DNA of 59,283 nucleotides from Fidelibacterota bacterium. Lineage in GTDB: Bacteria > Fidelibacterota > Marinisomatia > Marinisomatales > JABMOV01. The notes under the pieces were generated by a model. The model was not told the origin of the DNA, searched no databases, and saw nothing but the letters and a program-made list of their open reading frames with translations. Position numbers and translations under genes: made by a program. This document shows, in pieces, positions 39,089 to 50,535 of the stretch. Each line of letters opens with the position of its first letter. The stretch's first letter is position 1. The stretch lies in NCBI GenBank assembly GCA_046861395.1, contig JBHHUC010000006.1, positions 1 to 59,283 of the forward strand. Direction: 5' to 3'.

Positions 39089-40522
39089 CTAGAGCCCGAT
39101 CCCGGACAAAGCCAACCGCCAAGCCGCCAGTTTTTTCCGGCGGTAAGCTTCGTTTTCCGAAGGATATATCATTTCATCATACGCCGGCCCGGTACCATGG
39201 AAGTCACCGTCATCCAGATGACGTAAAAGACGAAATACGCCCATGGCGGTACGATCCTTTAGGCTGGAAAGAGCCACTGGTTGTTGCAGTAAATTGGCAA
39301 TGAATTGTAAGAGTGGCAATCGGGCTCCGCCACCGCTGGCCGTGATCACCGGCTGTTCACCAGACAGAACGGACCCCATTTCCCGATAAATATCATGGAC
39401 CAGAAAACCGATGGATTCCATCCCGGCCCGGACAACCTCATCGGCGTTTCCGGAGAGACGAAAATATTGCGTCGAAAATCCATCCTGCCAGTACGGCGCC
39501 GCCAGACCCACAAATCCCGGAATTAATACACCTTCCGTTTCCGTCTGAGCACATCGTTCATGCCACACCATCTTGTGATGCGGAATATCCAGTTCCGATT
39601 CCAGCCAATAAAAAAGGGAATTGCAGGCATTGATAGTTCCTTCCAGCAGATAAATCCGCCGATCATTGGAGGATAAAACATTGGCCAGTAAGGTGGAAAT
39701 ATGTGCTGGTTGTTCTCCAGTATTCAATTGCACCGAACCGGACGTGCCGAAATTCATGGCCAGTTGTCCACTGGCATCACCGCCCTGTCCGATCAGGGCT
39801 GCCTGCTGATCCCCGATAATACATGAGAGGGGAATTTCTTCCTTTCCCAGACGGATGGTTCCATAGGGTTGTACGGTATTTCCCAGGGGCGGAAGATGAG
39901 CTGGCGAAACCTGAAACAAATCCATCATTTCCTGAGACCAGGACGCCGAATCAATGGCGAACAGCAGGGAGCGCCCGGCGATGGATTCATCAACTCTGGC
40001 CTGTCCGGTAAAGCGATGACAAAGATAGGCGCTGAGAGGACCGAACCAAAGGTCGTCATTCTGTTTTAGTTCCGGAAATTCTTCCGTAAAGTAGGCATAT
40101 TTCGGTCCCCCGAAATGGGCACTGAGGGGAATCCCGGTAATATGTTGAATTCGTTCCCGATACGATTCCCAACGGGAAATGAGGTCACGGGCCCGACTGT
40201 CTTGCCAGTTCAGCGCCGGAGTATGGGGTTGACAGGTTTTCTTATGCCAGAATAGAAAAGTTGAACGCTGAACGGTCAGACCGATACGTCGTATTTTGCC
40301 TTCCCTGCTCCGGACATAAGCATACGCCCTCTCCAGTAATGAGTGACAGGCGGCAAAGGTATGCTCGGCGTTACTTTCCACACAGAATGGGGCCGGTCGT
40401 TCCAAAGCATGCTTCTGCCGTTCAGAGAACAGGATACTCCCGGCGCGGGAAACAACAAAGACTTTGCTGGATGAAGTCCCGGAATCGAGAATGAGGTAAT
40501 ATTCATGATTCAATTGTTTCAT
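39089..40522 (-). CDS. FGGY-family carbohydrate kinase (glycerol kinase-like)
   Basis: LDSGTSSSK, QRST, WQDSR, GDQQAALIG, FGTSG, GLAAPYW; start reassigned to ATG 40522. Confidence 0.88.
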   Translation of the reverse strand: MKQLNHEYYLILDSGTSSSKVFVVSRAGSILFSERQKHALERPAPFCVESNAEHTFAACHSLLERAYAYVRSREGKIRRIGLTVQRSTFLFWHKKTCQPHTPALNWQDSRARDLISRWESYRERIQHITGIPLSAHFGGPKYAYFTEEFPELKQNDDLWFGPLSAYLCHRFTGQARVDESIAGRSLLFAIDSASWSQEMMDLFQVSPAHLPPLGNTVQPYGTIRLGKEEIPLSCIIGDQQAALIGQGGDASGQLAMNFGTSGSVQLNTGEQPAHISTLLANVLSSNDRRIYLLEGTINACNSLFYWLESELDIPHHKMVWHERCAQTETEGVLIPGFVGLAAPYWQDGFSTQYFRLSGNADEVVRAGMESIGFLVHDIYREMGSVLSGEQPVITASGGGARLPLLQFIANLLQQPVALSSLKDRTAMGVFRLLRHLDDGDFHGTGPAYDEMIYPSENEAYRRKKLAAWRLALSGIGL

Positions 40523-40530
40523 GATGACAA

Positions 40531-41730
40531 TCAGAATTGTTTTCGCATGTGAGGATGGAACCATCCCGCAACACCACAGGATGCCGCCAGTATTCCGATA
40601 ATTAAGAAAATGACGCGGGGTTCCATAATTTCGGCGATAGCGCCGATGGCCGCGGCGGACAAGGCCGTAACCCCGACCACGGCTAGATGGACCATGGAAA
40701 ATAATCGTCCGTGGTATCTTTGGTCGGCATATTTCTGGATCATGGCGGTCCGGCTGATGGTTATCATTGGAATTCCAATGCCATGAATGAAAATCAAAAA
40801 CCAGGCCAGGAAAATCGATTGGACACTGTAAAATACAGAATATGTAAGTCCATCCAGTACCATGCCCAGCAGGAGTAAAATGCCGGCTTTCGTGTGATTG
40901 TCGTTGAGATAGACTAGGAGAGATCCGGCCAACATACCCAGCGCCATAAAGGATTCCACGAAAGCGTAATCTGATACGCTGCCCTGCAAAGAATTTCTAA
41001 TGAGCAGGGGCATTCCCACCAGGGCTGGTCCCATGATGAAAAAATTGTTTACAACGGTCAATAGGATGAGAAATCCGATAAATTCATGATGGTAGGCATA
41101 GCGAATTCCTTTTAGGAGTTCATCCCAGCCATTATTACCGGCTACAGTCTGGGGTTTTGTCCGGGGAACCTTTACAATGAGGAGGAGGATGATCGCCAGG
41201 AGAAAGGAAGCGGCATCAAAAAAAAACAAGGTAGACAATGAAAAATAATGCAGGATTGTCCCGGCAACGGCAGGCCCGGCAAACCAGGCGACTTGTTGAG
41301 AAGTGGATAATAATGAATTCACCCGGACCAGGTATTGCTTATGAACGATTTCGGGGATGAAGGCGTTTAAGGCCGGTGGAAACAGTGTTCCAAAGGTCGC
41401 CCTGGTAAAGGCCAGGACCCCGAATAAAAGGGCGAATTGGTGATGCGTCAGTATCAGAACCGGAATGAGGCAAACGGTAAAGGCCTGACTGATGTTGGCG
41501 AAAATCATCAATCCCATCCGGTTGAGACGGTCGGCCAGGACCCCGGAGTACAGACCGAAAATCATGGCCGGAATCGTGGCGGACATGGCGACCAATCCTG
41601 TCGCCAGAGAGGATCCGGTTAGATCAAGAATCAGCCACATAAGGGCAATATGGTAGATGGCATCACCTGCGGAGGATATGATTTGTGCCAACCATAAAAG
41701 AGCGATATTCCGTTTTACCTCGGTTTCCAT
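40531..41730 (-). CDS. MFS transporter (DHA3-like)
   Basis: GVLADRLNR motif A, ~12 TM segments; start reassigned to ATG 41730. Confidence 0.9.
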   Translation of the reverse strand: METEVKRNIALLWLAQIISSAGDAIYHIALMWLILDLTGSSLATGLVAMSATIPAMIFGLYSGVLADRLNRMGLMIFANISQAFTVCLIPVLILTHHQFALLFGVLAFTRATFGTLFPPALNAFIPEIVHKQYLVRVNSLLSTSQQVAWFAGPAVAGTILHYFSLSTLFFFDAASFLLAIILLLIVKVPRTKPQTVAGNNGWDELLKGIRYAYHHEFIGFLILLTVVNNFFIMGPALVGMPLLIRNSLQGSVSDYAFVESFMALGMLAGSLLVYLNDNHTKAGILLLLGMVLDGLTYSVFYSVQSIFLAWFLIFIHGIGIPMITISRTAMIQKYADQRYHGRLFSMVHLAVVGVTALSAAAIGAIAEIMEPRVIFLIIGILAASCGVAGWFHPHMRKQF

Positions 41731-41830
41731 AGGTGAAAATTGATGAAAGAATGAAATGAAACAAAAGTGAATTTCGCTGCGGTTATAAAGCCTTTTCATT
41801 ATTACTCTGAAATCAGGTTAAATTTCATCC

Positions 41831-42289
41831 ATGAAACCGGAAACCCTGCACAATTTGACCTGGATTCCACCCTTTGTCATCGGTCTGCTTTCTGTACTTT
41901 TGGGCAGCAGTTGGGTATTATCCGACTCTCCCTGGCTTTTGGACCAGCGTGCCAATGAAGCGCTATTACAGGTTTCCTTTCAGACCCTCTTTCATGCCAG
42001 TGTCAATGATCAATTACCGGAATACCTGCGCCTAGCCTATCGCATGTTCGGCTGGTGGATCATCAATATCGGTTTGCTTATTATGGGATATATCCATGTG
42101 ACCCGCATGGGCACACCCCTGGCCCGAAATATGTTACATATTATTTTATTCATTATGCTTACCGGTTTGTACCGTATTGAATATGTCTATATATCCGGCT
42201 CACCGTTTGTATGGCTGACACATGGCCTGGCCGTGATGTTGGGGATAAGTATTTGGGCTTCAAAAAAATTAAAAGTGCATGACACGTGA
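41831..42289 (+). CDS. Hypothetical membrane protein
   Basis: About 4 hydrophobic segments; overlaps the next gene at GTGA. Confidence 0.7.
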   Translation: MKPETLHNLTWIPPFVIGLLSVLLGSSWVLSDSPWLLDQRANEALLQVSFQTLFHASVNDQLPEYLRLAYRMFGWWIINIGLLIMGYIHVTRMGTPLARNMLHIILFIMLTGLYRIEYVYISGSPFVWLTHGLAVMLGISIWASKKLKVHDT

Positions 42290-42705
42290 TTTCCCTGGAT
42301 AAAATTCATCCCCTACTGATCCATTTCCCCATTGCCCTGTTCGGCCTTGCAGTCGTATTTGACTGGCTGGCCCTTTGGCGGAAGGACGACCGTTTTGAAT
42401 TCGCCAGTTTCTGGACTCTGGGGTTTGCTGTCGCGGCCGTCGTTCCGGTGGTTATTACCGGATTTATTGCCGATCAGATGGAAGGGCACATGGCGGAACC
42501 GTGGCGGATATTAGAAACCCATGGCTCCATGCAAATCGTATCCTCACTTCTTTTTATCGTTCAATTGGCCTGGCGAATCCGAAACCGGGGCCTCATCCCG
42601 GCCGACCGTACCGGACGAATTCTCTATGTACTGTTGGGAATATTGGCCTTGGCAGGTTTGTATTACGGCAGCCATCTCGGCGCCCGCCTCAGCGGCCGGA
42701 TATGA
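42286..42705 (+). CDS. DUF2231-like membrane protein
   Basis: HPLLIHFPIAL, ITG, conserved His, G.HLG. Confidence 0.8.
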   Translation: MISLDKIHPLLIHFPIALFGLAVVFDWLALWRKDDRFEFASFWTLGFAVAAVVPVVITGFIADQMEGHMAEPWRILETHGSMQIVSSLLFIVQLAWRIRNRGLIPADRTGRILYVLLGILALAGLYYGSHLGARLSGRI

Positions 42706-42855
42706 CAGTTTCAATATCCTGAAAATATGGTAACCAGCGGATCATTGAACAGGGAATTGAATTGAAGGCATAGGTGTTAAGGTCATAATTTATCCCCTCG
42801 TTAATCTGTTTAATCGTGACGATTCATCACCGCAATATTACAGACTGGAGCTGAC

Positions 42856-43524
42856 ATGAGTTGGTATAGCCATTTCTTTAGTTCCTCTATCGGTAAAAAA
42901 GTCCAAATGGCAGTCACAGGAATTCTCCTTTGCCTATTTCTGATTATTCACCTGGTAGGGAATCTCTTTCTTTTTGCCGGTCCTGAAGCCTTCAACAGTT
43001 ATGTATCCACCCTGGATGTCATAAAACCTCTGATTCGTGTGATTGAAGTTCTTCTGGCCTTGATTTTCATCGGACACATCATAAATGCGCTGCGGACCAC
43101 GCTGGAAAACCGGCGTTCCAACCCCGGGAAGTATGATGTCAGCAAGGCCGGGGAAACCAGTACTATTTCCTCCCGTACCATGGGATGGACCGGAAGTGTG
43201 CTCTTCATCTTTCTCGTTGTGCATTTATCCACCATCTGGTGGCGGTTTCAATTCTTACACGAAGAAGGACAATATTTCGGTGTCGTGATGGGGAACGAAG
43301 TGGGTTTCGGCAATATCGCCGTTACCCTGTTGTATGCTGTGGCCATGTTTCTCCTCGGTTTCCATTTACGCCATGGCTTTTTATCTGCTTTTCAGACCTT
43401 CGGACTGCGGTATAATAAATATGGTCAATTCCTAGAATGGATCGCTATTCTTTTCTGGCTTATCATTCCCCTGGGTTTTCTTTCCATTCCAATATATTTC
43501 GGTTTCATGAAAGGAGGGTTTTAA
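42856..43524 (+). CDS. sdhC: Succinate dehydrogenase/fumarate reductase cytochrome b subunit
   Basis: [13 protein letters not shown], four His (HLVGN, GHI, VHL, FHLRHG). Confidence 0.93.
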   Translation: MSWYSHFFSSSIGKKVQMAVTGILLCLFLIIHLVGNLFLFAGPEAFNSYVSTLDVIKPLIRVIEVLLALIFIGHIINALRTTLENRRSNPGKYDVSKAGETSTISSRTMGWTGSVLFIFLVVHLSTIWWRFQFLHEEGQYFGVVMGNEVGFGNIAVTLLYAVAMFLLGFHLRHGFLSAFQTFGLRYNKYGQFLEWIAILFWLIIPLGFLSIPIYFGFMKGGF

Positions 43525-43525
43525 C

Positions 43526-45439
43526 ATGACCCTTGATTCCAGAGTCCCATCCGGTCCCTTGGCAGAAAAATGGACCAACCATAAGTTTAATCTGAAACTC
43601 GTCAATCCAGCCAACAAACGGAAATATACTATTATCGTGGTCGGTACGGGTCTGGCCGGAGCATCGGCGGCAGCTTCCTTGGCCGAACTGGGCTATAATG
43701 TGGAAGCCTTTTCCTATCATGAATCCCCCCGCCGGGCGCACAGTATTGCCGCCCAGGGTGGCATCAATGCCGCCAAGAATTATCCCAACGATGGGGACAG
43801 CGTATTCCGGCTGTTCTACGATACGATTAAAGGTGGTGATTACCGTTCCCGAGAGGCCAACGTATACCGTCTGGCCGAAGTCAGTAATAACATCATTGAT
43901 CAATGCGTAGCCCAGGGCGTTCCGTTTGCCCGGGAATATGGCGGATTACTGGCCAATCGGTCTTTTGGCGGCGCTCAGGTGTCGCGGACTTTCTATGCCC
44001 GGGGTCAAACAGGACAGCAATTACTGCTGGGGGCATATTCGGCACTGGTCCGGCAAATGGATGCTGGGAAAGTCAACTTCCATTCCCGGACGGAAATGCT
44101 GGATTTGATTTTGGTTGCCGGCCATGCCAAGGGAATCGTGACCCGTCATCTGGTCACAGGAAAAATTGAAACCCATGTAGCTGATGCCGTCATCCTGGCC
44201 ACCGGTGGTTACGGAAATACTTTTTTCCTGTCCACCAATGCAATGGCCAGTAATGCCACGGCCGCCTGGCGGGCCCACAAAAAAGGCGCTTTATTCGCCA
44301 ATCCCTGTTTTACCCAGATTCATCCCACATGTATTCCGGTGGCCAGCAGTCATCAGTCCAAATTAACCCTTATGAGTGAAAGTCTGCGAAATGACGGACG
44401 TGTATGGGTGCCGAAAAAAGCTGGTGATGACCGCCCGGCCAATGATATTCCGGAAGAGGATCGGGATTATTACCTGGAACGGATATATCCATCCTTCGGG
44501 AATCTGGTTCCTCGCGACGTCGCCAGTCGACGGGCCAAGGAAATGTGTGATCATGGCCACGGTGTCGGTGCCACGAAACTGGCGGTTTATCTGGATTTCA
44601 AGGATGTAATACAGCGCAACGGACGTCCATGGGTGGAAGATAAATACGGTAACCTCTTTGACATGTATAAACAAATTACCGGAGAAGACCCGTATCAGGT
44701 TCCCATGCGGATTTACCCGGCCGTCCACTATACCATGGGCGGATTGTGGGTGGATTATAATCTCATGTCCAATATCCCCGGACTCTATGTTTTGGGTGAA
44801 GCCAATTTTTCCGACCATGGTGCGAACCGGCTGGGAGCCAGCGCTCTCATGCAGGGGCTGGCCGACGGCTATTTTGTCATTCCCTACACTATTGGCGACT
44901 ATCTTGCCCGGCGGTTGAACGAACATGTATCGCCCGATGATTCGGCCGTGAGTGAAGCACGGAAGGATGTGGAAGCTTTGATTGACAACCTCATGAGCAT
45001 TAACGGAAAGCGGACCGTGGATGATATTCATAAGGAACTGGGACAAATCCTGTGGGAATATGTGGGAATGGCGCGCAATGCCCAGGGTCTGGAGAAAGCA
45101 TTGGAGAAAATTCCCAAACTGCGGAAAGAATTCTGGTCCAATGTACGGATCCCTGGCCGACCGGATGAACTGAACCCGGAACTGGAAAAGGCGGGACGGC
45201 TGGCCGATTTCGTGGAACTGGGTGAACTGATGGCCCGGGATGCCCTTCACCGGGAAGAATCCTGTGGCGGACATTTCCGCGAGGAACATCAGACCGAAGA
45301 AAATGAGGCCAAACGTAACGATGAGGATTTCGCCTATGTTGCGGCCTGGGAACATAAGGGTCTGGATGAGGAGCCCGTTCTACATAAAGAAGATCTGGAA
45401 TTTGAAAATGTAGAATTAACCTCAAGGAGTTATAAATAA
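43526..45439 (+). CDS. sdhA: Succinate dehydrogenase/fumarate reductase flavoprotein
   Basis: [39 protein letters not shown]. Confidence 0.97.
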   Translation: MTLDSRVPSGPLAEKWTNHKFNLKLVNPANKRKYTIIVVGTGLAGASAAASLAELGYNVEAFSYHESPRRAHSIAAQGGINAAKNYPNDGDSVFRLFYDTIKGGDYRSREANVYRLAEVSNNIIDQCVAQGVPFAREYGGLLANRSFGGAQVSRTFYARGQTGQQLLLGAYSALVRQMDAGKVNFHSRTEMLDLILVAGHAKGIVTRHLVTGKIETHVADAVILATGGYGNTFFLSTNAMASNATAAWRAHKKGALFANPCFTQIHPTCIPVASSHQSKLTLMSESLRNDGRVWVPKKAGDDRPANDIPEEDRDYYLERIYPSFGNLVPRDVASRRAKEMCDHGHGVGATKLAVYLDFKDVIQRNGRPWVEDKYGNLFDMYKQITGEDPYQVPMRIYPAVHYTMGGLWVDYNLMSNIPGLYVLGEANFSDHGANRLGASALMQGLADGYFVIPYTIGDYLARRLNEHVSPDDSAVSEARKDVEALIDNLMSINGKRTVDDIHKELGQILWEYVGMARNAQGLEKALEKIPKLRKEFWSNVRIPGRPDELNPELEKAGRLADFVELGELMARDALHREESCGGHFREEHQTEENEAKRNDEDFAYVAAWEHKGLDEEPVLHKEDLEFENVELTSRSYK

Positions 45440-46179
45440 TGAAGGTGACATTAAAAGTCTGGCGACAGAAAAACGGAAATACCGCAGGACATTTCGCCAC
45501 CTATGAGGTTGATCATGTAACCGGTGACATGTCATTTTTTGAAATGCTGGACCTGTTGAATGATTCGCTGGTGTTGAAAGGCGAAGAACCGGTGTCCTTT
45601 GATCACGATTGCCGGGAAGGAATCTGCGGCACCTGCGGCGTTGTGATTAACGGACGAGCCCACGGCCCGCTACGTGGTATTACCACCTGCCAGCTTCACA
45701 TGCGCAGTTTTCATGACGGTGAAACGCTGGTGGTGGAACCTTGGCGTGCAGCAGCCTTTCCCATCATCAAGGATTTGATTGTGGATCGCCGGGCTTTTGA
45801 CCGCATTATGTCCTCCGGTGGTTATGTTACCGTCAATACCGGTGGTACCCCGGATGCCAATGCCATTCCCATCGCCAAGCAACAGGCCGATGAAGCAATG
45901 GATGCCGCAGCCTGTATCGGATGCGGCGCTTGTGTGGCCACCTGTAAGAATTCCTCAGCCATGCTTTTTGTCGGGGCCAAGGTGAGCCAACTGTCTCTAC
46001 TCCCTCAGGGACAGGTTGAGCGCAAGCAACGGGCGCTGAATATGATCGCCACCATGGATGAGGAAGGATTCGGCAGTTGTACCAATACGGGAGCCTGTGA
46101 GGTGGAATGTCCCAAGGAAATATCCCTGGTACATATCGCCCGTTTGAACCGGGAATATTTAAAAGCCAGCCTATACTGA
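45439..46179 (+). CDS. sdhB: Succinate dehydrogenase/fumarate reductase Fe-S subunit
   Basis: [32 protein letters not shown]. Confidence 0.97.
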   Translation: MKVTLKVWRQKNGNTAGHFATYEVDHVTGDMSFFEMLDLLNDSLVLKGEEPVSFDHDCREGICGTCGVVINGRAHGPLRGITTCQLHMRSFHDGETLVVEPWRAAAFPIIKDLIVDRRAFDRIMSSGGYVTVNTGGTPDANAIPIAKQQADEAMDAAACIGCGACVATCKNSSAMLFVGAKVSQLSLLPQGQVERKQRALNMIATMDEEGFGSCTNTGACEVECPKEISLVHIARLNREYLKASLY

Positions 46180-46196
46180 GCTGAGGCCGGCCGGAA

Positions 46197-46664
46197 TTAC
46201 CGGGGAAAAGCTGCCGGCGGATAAAAACGGGTAAAACTGGTATCATCAGCCGTCACCACGGCCGAGTCGCCGGACAGAATCACATGATATCGATCCCTGT
46301 CCCCGGCATTATAAAAATACAGATCAAATTCCTCTGATCCGGTCTGAATCGGTACCTTCTTCCGCACCGGTCCCAGGGCCGTGGCGCAGGGACCCTCCAA
46401 CATAACATCCAGAATATGAAGGGCCAGGTCACCATCTGAATAGTTGTCTATGAATTTTATTTCATAATTAAAACAGGAAAACGTTTCTTCACTCATCATA
46501 TAAAGACGAAAGCCCTGGTAATCATCATAGGCTGTGGCCGAATCAAAGGAAACGGTGAAGTATATATTTCCGTCATAGTCGTAGGCCATCTCGTCTTCAT
46601 TTACGGAACAGCTGAGAAATGAGACGGAAAGGATCGTCAGAATGATGGGAATGAGACGCTTCAT
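46197..46664 (-). CDS. Putative lipoprotein
   Basis: MKRLIPIILTILSVSFLSC lipobox; CATALGP motif. Confidence 0.75.
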   Translation of the reverse strand: MKRLIPIILTILSVSFLSCSVNEDEMAYDYDGNIYFTVSFDSATAYDDYQGFRLYMMSEETFSCFNYEIKFIDNYSDGDLALHILDVMLEGPCATALGPVRKKVPIQTGSEEFDLYFYNAGDRDRYHVILSGDSAVVTADDTSFTRFYPPAAFPR

Positions 46665-46702
46665 TATAGCCAAATTAGGATGATATTTTTATTGCCGGAA
46701 AT

Positions 46703-46730
46703 AAAAAACCCCGGGAAGACCGGGGTTTTT
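46703..46730 (-). terminator. Rho-independent (bidirectional-type) terminator after tonB
   Basis: AAAAAACCCCGG-gaaga-CCGGGGTTTTT. Confidence 0.88.
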
Positions 46731-46747
46731 CTGATACACTAGTTTGT

Positions 46748-47368
46748 TTAACTCTTCAGCTTGAAATTCACCGGAATGGAAATCCATACGCCGACAGCCC
46801 GTTCCCGTTGTTTGGCCGGTTTGAATTTAGTGGCCCGAATGGCTTCAATGGCCGCTTCGTCCAATCCGGTGTTCGGTATGCCTTTAAGGACAATGGTTTC
46901 CTTTACCCGACCCTTTTCATCAATAAAAGCTTGAATGATCACCGTTCCTTCAATCCCGGCCTCCTGGGCGATTTCAGGATATTTAGGTCGGATCGGCTTC
47001 ATTGGTACCGGCGGATCATCATAGGGAATAAACCGTACCTGCGGTCCGCTGGGTGGTGGTGGTGGTGCATCCCAGGCTTCGAAATTTTCCAGATCGGTTT
47101 CTTCGATGGTCAAATCATCGGCAATATCTTCGCTTTCCGATTCGATGGGTACGGAAGGCCGGGCCGGGGGTGGGGGCCGCTCAAACTGTTGAGTCTGAGG
47201 AATGTCCACCTGTTCGATGATGATCTGTTCGGTCTGCTCCAGAGTGCTGACATGCACAAAGCGCGGAAAGATCAACATCAATGCGACCAATAAGAGAATT
47301 CCGATAAATCCGGTCAGGCGAACGGTAATGGGATATTGTTCTTTCAGGGAAATAACCTGGCCGGCCAT
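46748..47368 (-). CDS. tonB: Energy transducer TonB
   Basis: N-terminal TM, Pro-rich linker, YPEIAQEAGIEGTV, FKPA C-terminal domain. Confidence 0.9.
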   Translation of the reverse strand: MAGQVISLKEQYPITVRLTGFIGILLLVALMLIFPRFVHVSTLEQTEQIIIEQVDIPQTQQFERPPPPARPSVPIESESEDIADDLTIEETDLENFEAWDAPPPPPSGPQVRFIPYDDPPVPMKPIRPKYPEIAQEAGIEGTVIIQAFIDEKGRVKETIVLKGIPNTGLDEAAIEAIRATKFKPAKQRERAVGVWISIPVNFKLKS

Positions 47369-47778
47369 CAGTCTACCTCCAGTTTGGTGGAGTAATTCAG
47401 TTTCAAGGCGTCGGCTTTGCGCAACTCACCGTGCAACCCGGAAATCAGTTTCATTTTAGCGGCCTGATCGGCTTTCAATGAAATGGTAATTTGCGGATCA
47501 GCCACGCGTTTATCATACATGACATTGCGTACATCCTTCATATTGTACATGCGGTCTTCGATGGAGATGAGACCTTCCTTGGAAACAAAGATATGCGCGA
47601 CGTGACTTTTCCCTTTGAGTTTTTCGATCCGCTTGGCCTTGGGCAATTCCACTGGAAGTCCGGCATATTCCCGTAATACGGTGGTCACCATGAAGAAGAC
47701 AAGCAACATGAAGATAATATCGGGCATGGAAGCCGTGGGAATTTCACTGGATATTTGTGTTTTTCTGGAAAATTTCAT
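47368..47778 (-). CDS. exbD: Biopolymer transporter ExbD
   Basis: SMPDIIFMLLVFFMV, LPKA, LKADQ. Confidence 0.9.
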   Translation of the reverse strand: MKFSRKTQISSEIPTASMPDIIFMLLVFFMVTTVLREYAGLPVELPKAKRIEKLKGKSHVAHIFVSKEGLISIEDRMYNMKDVRNVMYDKRVADPQITISLKADQAAKMKLISGLHGELRKADALKLNYSTKLEVD

Positions 47779-48176
47779 TATTCGGTATTGGCGATTGATA
47801 TACGAGTTGCATTGGCCATTTTCAACTGGTCAATGACACGGATATAATCGGCGTATTTGGCTTTCTCGTGTGCTTTAACGGATATGATGAGTTTATTGTT
47901 TTCCGCCAGTCTTTTCTTTACGATCTTGCTGATATCCTTTATGGCTACCGGTTCTTTTCCCAGTAACACATTACCGGAGGAATTCAGGAGACAATTCAGA
48001 ATGTTGGTTTTTTTAATTTCAACTTCTTCTCCTTCAGCTGGGAGGACAATTCCCAAACCTTTATCCGTATCAATGGTTGTGGTTACGAGGAAGAATATCA
48101 GTAGTAGAAAAGCAATATCAGCCATCGACGATGTGGGTATTTCACCACCGCGGATGCGTCGCTTTTTCTTAGCCAT
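47778..48176 (-). CDS. exbD: Biopolymer transporter ExbD
   Basis: SSMADIAFLLLIFFLVTT. Confidence 0.9.
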   Translation of the reverse strand: MAKKKRRIRGGEIPTSSMADIAFLLLIFFLVTTTIDTDKGLGIVLPAEGEEVEIKKTNILNCLLNSSGNVLLGKEPVAIKDISKIVKKRLAENNKLIISVKAHEKAKYADYIRVIDQLKMANATRISIANTE

Positions 48177-48185
48177 GGCGGATTC

Positions 48186-48797
48186 TTATTTCCCTTCTGT
48201 TTCGTAGAGATGATCGACCAGACGGACGGATTGTTCTTCCATATCCAACACCAGTTTATCGATACGGGAAACGAAGAAATTCTGAAACATCTGAATGATC
48301 ATGGCCACAATCAATCCGAAAGCCGTAGTCAACAGAGCTTGTGAAATACCCCCAGCCACAACGGCAGGTGAAATTTCGTTGGCAGCGGCGATATCTTCAA
48401 AAGCCGTGATCATACCGGCTACAGTTCCGGTAAATCCCAGCATGGGCGCAATCGTGATTACGGCGTTAAGCCAGATCATATTCCTTTCCAGAAAAGCCAT
48501 TTCAACCGCCCCGGCGTTTTGAATTGCTTTTTCAACCTCACTAATTCCGCGATGCATACGTGACAATCCGGCGTGAAAAATTTCCGCGAGTGGGCCGCGT
48601 GTTTTTTCACATAACTCAACGGCTGATTCAACGCTGTCATTGGCTAGCGTTTCCTGAATTTCAGCAAAGAACTTTTTTGAGTTTATAGATGACATCATCA
48701 ACGAGTAGAAGCGCTCCAGCGAAAAGGCTAACCCAAAAATCAGGGAGATGAGAATGGGCCACATGAACGGTCCGCCATCAGTAAAATATTGTACCAT
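48186..48797 (-). CDS. exbB: MotA/TolQ/ExbB proton channel protein
   Basis: GGPFMWPI, APMLGFTGTV.GMI, GISQALLTTAFGL. Confidence 0.93.
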   Translation of the reverse strand: MVQYFTDGGPFMWPILISLIFGLAFSLERFYSLMMSSINSKKFFAEIQETLANDSVESAVELCEKTRGPLAEIFHAGLSRMHRGISEVEKAIQNAGAVEMAFLERNMIWLNAVITIAPMLGFTGTVAGMITAFEDIAAANEISPAVVAGGISQALLTTAFGLIVAMIIQMFQNFFVSRIDKLVLDMEEQSVRLVDHLYETEGK

Positions 48798-48878
48798 CGT
48801 TATTACTTATTCCTCCAGTTAATGTTGATCGAGCGAAAAATTAGGACTTCCCCCGTGCAATGTCAACAAAGCGAATAA

Positions 48879-50516
48879 TCAGGGCATGGATTTTTGTCGG
48901 GCCAGAAAAGCCCCGGCTTCCGGGAAATGATTCTGCGCTTCCAACACTTGATTATCCTGTTCCAGCCGGATACCAACCGCTTCATTACGGGACCAGAGAG
49001 CCCCGGCGATTTCGGCCTTGATATTCACAATAATTTTATCCCTGTCCTTTTCAATAGCTTCAGAATCGAAATGAATTTCTTCCTCCTTGAGGTAGGTCAG
49101 AAATTCCTGAAACTCTTCCTCCAAAAGAGTCCAGTCGGAACGGAAAGTTTCGAAATCGGGTTCTGATTCACGAAGCCGGGCGGCATAGATCGACGCCCAG
49201 TTAAAAATGGGTCGCTTGGAATGCCATAATAATTTCCGTGTGGCTTCCAGCGTATTGTTTTCCCAGGGGATATATACGTCCGGCGTAATGCCCCCGCCAC
49301 CATAGACTGTCCGCCCGCTGCGGGTATGGTATTTGGGTAGGGTAGCTTTCAGAGAATCTAGTTTGGCTTCCCGGTCTTTTTCATATAATTCTTTATAGTA
49401 ACTGAGATCATCCCCGTTATTAAAGGGACGTTGAATCAGGCGTCCGCTGGGAGTGAAATAGCGGGCAATGGTCACTCGGATGGCGGAACCGTCCCGGAGC
49501 TGGATCTGGCGCTGGACCAGTCCTTTACCGAAAGTGGTTTCTCCCAGAATGAGACCCCGGTCCAGGTCCTGTACGGCGCCGGCGACAATCTCGCTGGCAC
49601 TGGCAGAGCCCCGATTGACTAGAACGATGAGGGGAAAGTCATCTTCGCCGGTACGGGCATCGCTGACGAAAGCCTGTTCCACATCCTTACGTTTTCCCTT
49701 GGTATAGACCAGCGTATCATGAGCCGCAATGAATAAATCGGCCACTGCCGCCGCCTGATCCAGATACCCGCCACTGTTATTTCGTAAATCGAAAATCAGT
49801 CGTTTCATATTCTGGGCGCGGAGTTTTTCCATGGCGGCCCGCATTTCTTTGATAGTAGTGGCGGAAAACCGTGTCAGCCAGATATAGCCGGTGGAATCAT
49901 CCAGCATAACGCTGGCCCGCACACTGTAAATAGGAATATTATCTCGAACAATGGTTACATCGAAGGGCTTTTTTTCCGATGGTCGGCGAATCGTGACGGT
50001 AACGGGCGAACCTTTCGGCCCCCGCAGGCGTTCGAAAACCTGTTTCTTGGTAATGTTGTAGGCATCTTCACCATCGATGGCAATAACCTGATCACCAGGC
50101 TGAAGACCGACCTTTTCAGAAGGACTGTCCGCCACTGGCGAAATCACCGTGATATAGCCGTGAAGAATATCGAATTCAATGCCGATTCCCTGAAAATTGC
50201 CCCGGAACTGTTCATCAATTTCTTCCAGTTCCTTGGCGGGAATGTAAACCGAGTGAGGGTCCAATTCCTTCATGATGCCGGTTAAGGCGCCGTTCATGAG
50301 TTTTTCCATGTCTACCGGTTCAAAATACAATTCATTGACATAGACCAGGATTTGATTCAGCACCTGCATTTTTTCCTTAATTACGGCAAAGGGGTTCTGT
50401 CCGGCCGAGTATGCTGTGCGAACCAGCGGCGCCAAGATCATGACGATCAGGATGGTTCCGGCAGTTAGGGCGGAAAAAATAAAGGGACGAAAAGGTTTCT
50501 TGTTTTTTTGATGCAT
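48879..50516 (-). CDS. S41A C-terminal processing protease (CtpA-like)
   Basis: LDPHS, PDZ, DLRNNSGG, SASASEIVAGA, TFGKGLVQ, GGGITPD; start reassigned to ATG 50516. Confidence 0.95.
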   Translation of the reverse strand: MHQKNKKPFRPFIFSALTAGTILIVMILAPLVRTAYSAGQNPFAVIKEKMQVLNQILVYVNELYFEPVDMEKLMNGALTGIMKELDPHSVYIPAKELEEIDEQFRGNFQGIGIEFDILHGYITVISPVADSPSEKVGLQPGDQVIAIDGEDAYNITKKQVFERLRGPKGSPVTVTIRRPSEKKPFDVTIVRDNIPIYSVRASVMLDDSTGYIWLTRFSATTIKEMRAAMEKLRAQNMKRLIFDLRNNSGGYLDQAAAVADLFIAAHDTLVYTKGKRKDVEQAFVSDARTGEDDFPLIVLVNRGSASASEIVAGAVQDLDRGLILGETTFGKGLVQRQIQLRDGSAIRVTIARYFTPSGRLIQRPFNNGDDLSYYKELYEKDREAKLDSLKATLPKYHTRSGRTVYGGGGITPDVYIPWENNTLEATRKLLWHSKRPIFNWASIYAARLRESEPDFETFRSDWTLLEEEFQEFLTYLKEEEIHFDSEAIEKDRDKIIVNIKAEIAGALWSRNEAVGIRLEQDNQVLEAQNHFPEAGAFLARQKSMP

Positions 50517-50535
50517 TATGTTTTCAACGTAAGAG

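Noticed and set aside
44363-45355. 330 aa antisense ORF within sdhA, and similar shadow ORFs in uvrA, hppA, the trp genes and 50653-51276
   Set aside because: Fully antisense to well-supported genes, with no motifs; expected from codon bias.
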